A stretch of 64,000 nucleotides of DNA, taken from positions 428-64,427 of the forward strand of contig DAOUFJ010000016.1 of NCBI GenBank assembly GCA_034429935.1. The letters run 5' to 3'. The stretch is from Dehalococcoidales bacterium. Its GTDB lineage: Bacteria > Chloroflexota > Dehalococcoidia > Dehalococcoidales > UBA5627. The position numbers and the translations under genes were made by a program. Below the pieces are notes generated by a model that did no database searches, had not been told where the DNA came from, and saw only the letters and a list, made by a program, of their open reading frames with translations. Below are positions 57,767 through 64,000 of the stretch, piece by piece (the stretch's first letter is position 1; every line of letters starts with the position of its first letter).

Positions 57767-60358
57767 ATGTCCATCATGAAGGATAATCCGACGCCGATTC
57801 GGCAGCAGTATCTCAAGATAAAGCAGCAATACCCTCACGCCATCCTGTTCTTCAGGCTGGGAGATTTCTACGAGACCTTCGATGAAGACGCCAAGATAAC
57901 CTCGCGCGAGCTGGAAATCGTGCTGACTTCCCGCAGCATGGGAAAAGACTACAAGGTACCGATGGCAGGCATCCCCTATCATGCGGTGGATGATTACCTG
58001 GCAAAGCTGATAAGGCGCGGATACAAGGTCGCCATCTGCGAACAGATGACCAAACCCGGGGAGACAAAAGGTATCGTTGAACGCGATGTTGTCAGGCTGG
58101 TAACGCCGGGAACGGTCGTCGAGCCGGAGCTTCTGGAAGGCAAGGCCAATAACTACCTGGCAGCCGTAATTATCAATGAAGACACGGCGGGAATCGCTTA
58201 TGTGGATATCACCACCAGCGAATTTACAGCCACCCAACTACCCCTTACCCGCCTTGGCGTTGAGCTTGAAAGGTTGAAACCGGCTGAAATTGTCGCTCCG
58301 CAGGATACACAGTTGCCCGATATAAATATCAAACCATCCGTCAGCCATGTAGAAAACTACTGGTTCGAACTCGAAATAGCCCGGAAAACGCTGCTCGACC
58401 ACTTCGAAGCAAGTACCTTAGACGGCTATGGCTGTTCCAAACTGCCGCTGGCAACCCGCGCTGCCGGAGCCGTACTCTACTATTTAAAACAGACGCAAAA
58501 GGGTGTTCTTAACCAGATAACACATCTTTCCACGTACGCCGCCGGTTCGTTTATGGCGCTGGACGCCACCACACAGGCGAACCTGGAGCTATTCCGCAGC
58601 GCGCTTTCGGGAACTACAGAAGGCTCGCTGCTATCGGTTATCGACCTGACGAAGACATCGATGGGCGGGCGCATGCTCAAGCGCTGGTTGGGGCAGCCCC
58701 TGCTCGATTTGAAAGCATTGACCATAAGGCAGGATGCCGTCGGCTGGTTCCTTCACGACAATATCACAAGAAGACAGCTAATCGATAAGCTCGACGATAT
58801 TTCCGACCTCGAACGCCTGACCAACCGCATACGCAGCAACATCGCCCTGCCGCAGGAGCTTATCTCTTTAAAGCACAGCCTCGAAATAATACCCGAGCTT
58901 GTAAAGACATTCGAAAGTATCGATTGTACATCTATCGACTGGCTCAAAATTAAGCTTAGACCACAACCGGAGCTTATCGCTCTTATCACCCAATCCATAG
59001 AAGAATCACCGACTTCCAGCCTGGGTGAAGGCGAAGTTATAAAACAGGGTTTTTCCGAAGAACTGGATAAACTGCGTCTGGCTTCCAAAAGCGCCAGGCA
59101 GTACCTCGCCAGCCTCGAGAAACAGGAACGCGAAAAGACCGGCATCAAATCGCTGAAGGTAGGTTACAACCGCGTCTTCGGGTATTACATCGAAGTCTCG
59201 CAGGCTAACCTTTCACAGGTGCCGGAGACATACATTCGCAAGCAGACACTGGTTAACGGGGAAAGGTTCTTCACGCCCGAATTGAAGGAATACGAATCGG
59301 TCATTCTGAATGCCAAAGACCGCATTTACGAACTGGAAAACGAAATCTTCCGCCGCATCTGCCAGCAGGCAGCTTCATACGGAGAGAGTCTGCTGGCGCT
59401 TGCCGACACCCTCGCCCGGATAGATGTTTTTTCGAGTCTGGCGGAAGCTGCCAGCCGCTATAATTACGTCCGCCCCGAACTGACGGACGGCAATGAGATA
59501 ATCATCAAGCAGGGACGGCACCCTGTTGTTGAAACAAACCTGAGGCAGGGAGAGTTCATTCCCAACGACATCACGCTTTCCAATGACAACGCCCAGTTAA
59601 TAATCCTCACCGGCCCTAACATGGCAGGCAAATCGACCTATTTGAAGCAGGTCGCCGTGATAGTCTTGATGGCACAGATCGGCAGCTATGTTCCGGCTGA
59701 AAAAGCCGTTATCGGGCTGGTAGACCGCATCTTCACCCGTATCGGAGCAAGGGAAGACCTGGCTTCGGGGCAATCGACCTTCATGGTGGAGATGGTGGAA
59801 ACCGCCAATATCCTGAACAACGCCACCCCCAAATCCCTGCTGATTTTAGATGAAATCGGGCGCGGCACCAGCACCTATGACGGCATGGCGATTGCGCGCG
59901 CCGTAGTGGAATACATACATAATTACAAGGGACTGGGAGCCAAGACGCTCTTTGCCACCCACTACCACGAACTGGTACAGCTTGCCGATTACCTGCCGAG
60001 GGTAAGAAACTTCAATGTCGCCGTTACCGAAGAAGCCGGAAACGTCATCTTCCTGCACAGGATTATCCCCGGAGGCGTCGATAAGAGCTACGGCATCCAT
60101 GTCGCCAAGCTGGCGGGAATGCCGAAACCGGTGATTCACCGCGCCGATGAGGTACTGGAAGAACTGGAATCCAACGGCGGTACGAATCCATCGAAGCCGG
60201 CAAAGAAGCAGCACAGGGAAGAAGCCGTTCCCCAGCTTTCGCTGTTCGGGCAGAAACCGGAGGTTGTGGAGGAACTGGAAAAACTGGATATAAACTCCTT
60301 AACCCCCATCGAAGCCCTTAACAAGCTGTACGAATTGCAGAAGAAGGCGAGGAGGTAG
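57767..60358 (+). CDS. mutS: DNA mismatch repair protein MutS
   Basis: 863 aa; TPIRQQYL..FYRLGDFYE mismatch-binding N-terminus, GPNMAGKST Walker A, ILDEIGRGTS. Confidence 0.97.
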   Translation: MSIMKDNPTPIRQQYLKIKQQYPHAILFFRLGDFYETFDEDAKITSRELEIVLTSRSMGKDYKVPMAGIPYHAVDDYLAKLIRRGYKVAICEQMTKPGETKGIVERDVVRLVTPGTVVEPELLEGKANNYLAAVIINEDTAGIAYVDITTSEFTATQLPLTRLGVELERLKPAEIVAPQDTQLPDINIKPSVSHVENYWFELEIARKTLLDHFEASTLDGYGCSKLPLATRAAGAVLYYLKQTQKGVLNQITHLSTYAAGSFMALDATTQANLELFRSALSGTTEGSLLSVIDLTKTSMGGRMLKRWLGQPLLDLKALTIRQDAVGWFLHDNITRRQLIDKLDDISDLERLTNRIRSNIALPQELISLKHSLEIIPELVKTFESIDCTSIDWLKIKLRPQPELIALITQSIEESPTSSLGEGEVIKQGFSEELDKLRLASKSARQYLASLEKQEREKTGIKSLKVGYNRVFGYYIEVSQANLSQVPETYIRKQTLVNGERFFTPELKEYESVILNAKDRIYELENEIFRRICQQAASYGESLLALADTLARIDVFSSLAEAASRYNYVRPELTDGNEIIIKQGRHPVVETNLRQGEFIPNDITLSNDNAQLIILTGPNMAGKSTYLKQVAVIVLMAQIGSYVPAEKAVIGLVDRIFTRIGAREDLASGQSTFMVEMVETANILNNATPKSLLILDEIGRGTSTYDGMAIARAVVEYIHNYKGLGAKTLFATHYHELVQLADYLPRVRNFNVAVTEEAGNVIFLHRIIPGGVDKSYGIHVAKLAGMPKPVIHRADEVLEELESNGGTNPSKPAKKQHREEAVPQLSLFGQKPEVVEELEKLDINSLTPIEALNKLYELQKKARR

Positions 60359-60372
60359 TGGGCTTATCCCAC

Positions 60373-60401
60373 TTGACAATACTTCCCACCATTAATATAA
60401 T
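60373..60401 (+). promoter_or_regulatory. Consensus promoter; predicted leaderless transcript of the antitoxin gene
   Basis: TTGACA (60373-60378), 17 nt, TATAAT (60396-60401); ATG at 60408 lies 7 nt after the -10 box and has no RBS. Confidence 0.55.
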
Positions 60402-60407
60402 AATGCT

Positions 60408-60692
60408 ATGAAAACTGATTTTATAAAAGATGACGACTTTCAAGTAATAGCCGACAGCATAAAACCTGATGCAAAAAAACGCGTGGTTCTGCCTAAAGTT
60501 TTAAATGAACCGGGGGTTACCTATCGAGTTTACAGCAACAGCATCGGGCAAATCATCCTCGACCCGCAGGTATCTATCCCCGCTTCCGAATTATGGCTAT
60601 ACCAAAACCCTGAGGCCTTGGCCTCGTTTAACCGTGGGCTTGAAGATGTCGCACAAGGAAGAGTTTCTGAAATCAACATGGATGATTTATAG
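60408..60692 (+). CDS. AbrB/SpoVT-fold type II antitoxin
   Basis: 94 aa; KKRVVLPKVL...GQIILDP swapped-hairpin pattern; 11 nt upstream of the toxin gene. Confidence 0.6.
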   Translation: MKTDFIKDDDFQVIADSIKPDAKKRVVLPKVLNEPGVTYRVYSNSIGQIILDPQVSIPASELWLYQNPEALASFNRGLEDVAQGRVSEINMDDL

Positions 60693-60703
60693 GTATCGAT
60701 ATT

Positions 60704-60997
60704 GTGTTTAAGCTGATATGGTCTGCAGAAGCTAAAGAAACTTATAACATACTGAAAAATGATCCATCACAAAAGAAGCATTATAATGCGGTTAAGAAGA
60801 CGCTGAAATTCTCGGAAACAAATCCTCGCCACAACTCCCTGCAAACACATGAATTCACAAGCCGAAAAGGTCCTAACGGTGAAAAGATATTCGAAGCATA
60901 CGCAGAGCAAAATGCTCCGGCAGCCTACAGAGTCTTTTGGTTTTATGGACCGGATAAAAATGTTATTACGATTTTAGCGATTACACAGCACCCGTAA
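60704..60997 (+). CDS. RelE/ParE-superfamily type II toxin
   Basis: 97 aa; ...YRVFWFYGPDKNVITILAITQHP C-terminal core typical of RelE-like toxins. Confidence 0.65.
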   Translation: MFKLIWSAEAKETYNILKNDPSQKKHYNAVKKTLKFSETNPRHNSLQTHEFTSRKGPNGEKIFEAYAEQNAPAAYRVFWFYGPDKNVITILAITQHP

Positions 60998-61110
60998 ATT
61001 ATGAGTTGCAGAATAAGGCGAGAGGGTAAAGGATTAATTTACTAGCTTACAATAATAACATTAATAAATAATTTTAAATTTTATCTATATAATTAAACGA
61101 AAATATAATC

Positions 61111-61734
61111 TTATATTACAGTTAATGGACATTTTTGTATGTTATTATCAGTTGTAATAGATTGTGTATTACAACCCTGTTTCTGAGAAAATAGTAATCC
61201 TTTACAATATTCTGGAGTACTAACAGTTATTTGCATATACTTTTCCAAATATTTACATACGCAACCATTTCGTTTTTCAATAATTTTTCGTTGATTTGTA
61301 TTATCTAACCTTTTAGCCTTTGGATCGTAAAAGTATAAATCTTCTGCAATAATATATCTCGGTATTACTGTTGTATTTGCACACTCAATTGCAGCTCTAA
61401 CAAACGGATCAGTAGGGATAGAGAATTTGGCTTGAATGCTCGCCCATAACTTGCCATTTATTTTTTTTGACTCGATAAAATGTATACGATTTTGTAAACA
61501 ATTTGTTGTATACCATTCCCAAAATTCAAGTGCTCTCTCTTTTTTCCCGCAATGTGTTTCCCAATGGTTCTCTATTACTTGATTAATTGCAATACCACAT
61601 TTAGCAACTATGAAATTAATAATATCAAAAATACAACCTTTTTCTTCTACAAGCTCATTTTTAAACTGTTTAATTACATGTCCATCAATTATTATACCAT
61701 CACACATTTTCTCATTCCCTTTTATTAAAAGCAC
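61111..61734 (-). CDS. Unknown 207-aa Cys/His-rich partner of the ATPase (possible PIN/TOPRIM-like acidic motifs)
   Basis: GTG 61734 overlaps the ATPase stop (TAGTG); alternative start ATG 61707; motifs GIIIDGHVI and YIIAEDLYFYDP; no HNH or other signature recognised. Confidence 0.6.
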   Translation of the reverse strand: MLLIKGNEKMCDGIIIDGHVIKQFKNELVEEKGCIFDIINFIVAKCGIAINQVIENHWETHCGKKERALEFWEWYTTNCLQNRIHFIESKKINGKLWASIQAKFSIPTDPFVRAAIECANTTVIPRYIIAEDLYFYDPKAKRLDNTNQRKIIEKRNGCVCKYLEKYMQITVSTPEYCKGLLFSQKQGCNTQSITTDNNIQKCPLTVI

Positions 61735-63086
61735 TATACTATTTTCTTAGCAATTTTTTTTGCTTCAATAAGTCTCTCAGGAAAGAAACCTTCAGGCCAA
61801 TCCTCTTGAAAATATCCATCCGCTCCTAACGGCAGTCTTTTACATACTTTTTTACTATCGTTAGCATATATATAAAATACATTAATATCTTCAGGGGCTA
61901 TTAATCCTGCAGCAACATAGCATTGAAGGCGTAATAATAGATGCTCGCTATGAGTTTCTATAAATAATTGAACGTCTTTATTATACATTTCATAGAGGAA
62001 GGTCCCTATTTCTGCTTGTGCTTTAGGATGCAAATGTAATTCTGGTTGTTCGATAAGCATCTTATAACCTTTTAATATATTATAACCAGCAGCTAATATA
62101 GGAAGTATTTGACTACATCCATAGCCAACATCTGCTAAATTTTCAATTTCACCTGTATTATAATTTTTGATAAGAAAAGTAAAACTCCGTTCATTGATAG
62201 TTTTTATTTGGATAGATTCAGCGATTTGAGCTTTCGACAACCAAGAGGAAATTGATTTAAGAATCCCTTTCCTTTTACCTCTTCTCCGACTTTCATCTGA
62301 AGCTAAAATATTTATAGTATTTTCACCTTGAGGACCTACAGAAGAAGGAGCTTCCCCAGAAAAAGGATATATTCTTAATGGGCTTTGCCTAAAAGGACCA
62401 ATGAATTCTAATTTTGTTAATTCACTATGAAGTACTCCTTGGAAAATATTCAAGAGAAAATTAAAATCCCCATATCTTTCAATGTTTTTCCTACTTCGTT
62501 TTGATAAATAACTTCTACTATCATAAGATAAATTTGGATAGAAATGATTTAAACGAATTAAACCCGATGATGATTTACCTACTGGAATATTAGTAAAAGC
62601 AGAATTTATTTTATTAATTAATTGATTTTCACTAGATTTGGTTACTTGTGTTTGCATGATTAAATTATCAGATGGAGAACTAATAATTGTCGACTCTAAT
62701 ACAGTACGACGTTGTTGTTTACGATAATGAAAATTTAAGTCAATTTTTGCCACATCACCAAAAGAAAAATTATTGAATAATTTGTATTTTTCATTTTTAA
62801 ATTGTTCTGGAAAACTAGTTGTAAATTCTAAAGACAATCTAAGATCTTTATTAATGTCATTGCTATAAATAATATCTTGATATGTCCCAAGGTCTTCATA
62901 TTTTCCTTTAAACAATAGGGGAACTGCTAAATCTGTACTTTGAAAAGTCTGTGATATTAAATTAATAGCACTTAATACAGATGATTTCCCAGAATTATTC
63001 GGGCCTAAAAATACATTAATTTTAGTTAATGGTATTGATAACTCTTCGAATGCTCGAAAATTGTTTAATGATAAATTTGTAAACAT
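61734..63086 (-). CDS. ABC-type (AAA_15/AAA_21, OLD/RecF-like) ATPase with DUF3696-like C-terminal tail, no fused nuclease
   Basis: 450 aa; LNNFRAFEEL..FLGPNNSGKSS Walker A, IGPFRQSP, MLIEQPELHLHP Walker B/D-loop, ETHSEHLLLRL H-loop, DWPEGFFPERL tail; AAGGAG RBS. Confidence 0.8.
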   Translation of the reverse strand: MFTNLSLNNFRAFEELSIPLTKINVFLGPNNSGKSSVLSAINLISQTFQSTDLAVPLLFKGKYEDLGTYQDIIYSNDINKDLRLSLEFTTSFPEQFKNEKYKLFNNFSFGDVAKIDLNFHYRKQQRRTVLESTIISSPSDNLIMQTQVTKSSENQLINKINSAFTNIPVGKSSSGLIRLNHFYPNLSYDSRSYLSKRSRKNIERYGDFNFLLNIFQGVLHSELTKLEFIGPFRQSPLRIYPFSGEAPSSVGPQGENTINILASDESRRRGKRKGILKSISSWLSKAQIAESIQIKTINERSFTFLIKNYNTGEIENLADVGYGCSQILPILAAGYNILKGYKMLIEQPELHLHPKAQAEIGTFLYEMYNKDVQLFIETHSEHLLLRLQCYVAAGLIAPEDINVFYIYANDSKKVCKRLPLGADGYFQEDWPEGFFPERLIEAKKIAKKIV

Positions 63087-63196
63087 ATCTTCTCCTTATT
63101 ACATTATTATCAGATATTATATTGTCCATTACATCAATCTCAGTTTTATAATTTCAATAAATATAATATCGTAATATCCATGGGATTTTCTACCCC

Positions 63197-63832
63197 TCAC
63201 CCCATCGCCCGTTTCTTGAGCTTCTCGTCCAATGCATCCCGGTTCATCTGGACAAGCAGTTCGGATATGGCAATCAGCTTCGAGGAGCAATCGGCTTCGG
63301 CGATATGTCTGTCCTTCATCATCTCAACCCATACTTTCGGCATTTTCTCTTTCAAATGCACCATGCCGCCCTCGATATCATCCGCAGCGTAGTAGACTTC
63401 GGGGATTCCGACGGTCAGGATTCTGGCAAGGCACATCGGACACGGTTCGAGAGAGGTGAACAGTTTATATCCGCCGACTGTCTCAGGCCTGACAACGCTC
63501 TCGAAGTGATTTAAAGCAACCATTTCCGCATGGTAATCGCTTCTGAACACAGGGGAAAATACCTGGTTGTTGCCGTAACTTACCAGGTCGTTATTATTAT
63601 CCGTAATGATACATCCGACGCCGTAGTTGCCTTCAACGACACTCTTGAAAGCCAGTATGCAGGTCAGCCAGATTTCCTTTTCATTACTGAAAGACTCATT
63701 TAAAACATGATGCTTTAGTTCTTGATATATGGATTCCGATAACGGTTGGACCTCCATATACTCCAAAAGCCTGAAACCGACGGACAAGATATTCAAACTA
63801 TTGTCACAATTCATTTTTATTCCTCTGTACAC
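63197..63832 (-). CDS. CDA-fold zinc deaminase (TadA/guanine/cytosine deaminase-like) with N- and C-terminal extensions
   Basis: 211 aa; DYHAEMVAL and EPCPMCLARI zinc-ligand motifs with ~30-aa spacing. Confidence 0.85.
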   Translation of the reverse strand: MYRGIKMNCDNSLNILSVGFRLLEYMEVQPLSESIYQELKHHVLNESFSNEKEIWLTCILAFKSVVEGNYGVGCIITDNNNDLVSYGNNQVFSPVFRSDYHAEMVALNHFESVVRPETVGGYKLFTSLEPCPMCLARILTVGIPEVYYAADDIEGGMVHLKEKMPKVWVEMMKDRHIAEADCSSKLIAISELLVQMNRDALDEKLKKRAMG

Positions 63833-63942
63833 AAGTCGTTAACAACAAGCTCCTGCTATAAAATCACCGATAGCATCGATGCGATAACATTTTACCGACT
63901 ATTCTAATTATATAATATGCAGTCAATCCTGCTTCCCAGCTA

Positions 63943-64000
63943 TGCAAAAGTTCAGAAACATATTGGACTCTGATGGAAGGAAAAGAGAGGAGTCCGGGTG
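63943..64000 (+). mobile_element. IS element copy B (first 58 nt, inverted relative to copy A); transposase GTG at 63998
   Basis: Exact reverse complement of 460-517. Confidence 0.8.

Noticed and set aside
54391-58237. Long antisense ORFs in uvrC (54391-55155), the HAD gene (56640-57251) and the mutS 5' end (57755-58237)
   Set aside because: Shadow frames opposite well-supported genes.
61111-63832. RADAR-like system (ATPase plus deaminase)
   Set aside because: RADAR RdrA/RdrB are much larger proteins, and RdrB is an adenosine-deaminase-fold enzyme rather than a small CDA-fold protein. The deaminase here also differs in base composition from the cassette.
1-64000. Composite transposon formed by the two IS copies
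   Set aside because: The interior is dominated by essential single-copy housekeeping genes (dnaN, glnA, prfA, mutS and others). An inversion substrate is the more sensible reading.

Overview
This is a 64-kb chromosomal window of a moderate-GC bacterium. A class V FBP aldolase/phosphatase, a stand-alone dnaN and dense mosaic intergenic repeats hint at a Chloroflexota/Dehalococcoidia-like lineage, but that is only a guess. Most of the window is housekeeping: ppiB, lepA, hemW, typA, a DEAD-box helicase/RRM cluster, yajQ, dnaN, rdgB, fbp, cobO, glnA, bfr, tex, folE, thrC-hom, prfA-prmC, an EF-G paralog, pcm, xerC/D, uvrC and mutS. No rRNA, tRNA or CRISPR array was recognised.

The accessory content sits in visibly AT-rich patches:
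1. A ~5.1-kb integrative element (Rep_trans initiator, zinc-ribbon micro-ORF, large serine recombinase) is inserted in the last codons of dnaN. Its att repeats differ only at third codon positions. A decayed recombinase fragment and an orphan gene lie next to it.
2. A ~5-kb island carries a NarL-type two-component system divergent from four secreted/membrane proteins of unknown function.
3. A ~2.1-kb cassette at 61.1-63.1 kb encodes an ABC-type (AAA_15/21-like) ATPase translationally coupled to an unassignable 207-aa partner. It is flanked by a RelE-type TA pair, a CDA-fold deaminase and an IS. This is my best candidate for an undescribed defence-type system.

Other notable points:
- A COG0523 GTPase operon is led by a Cys-less DUF5679-like mini-protein behind a promoter-overlapping palindrome.
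- Eight clusters of a modular intergenic repeat family are present.
- Two inverted, sequence-identical IS ends bracket the whole window.
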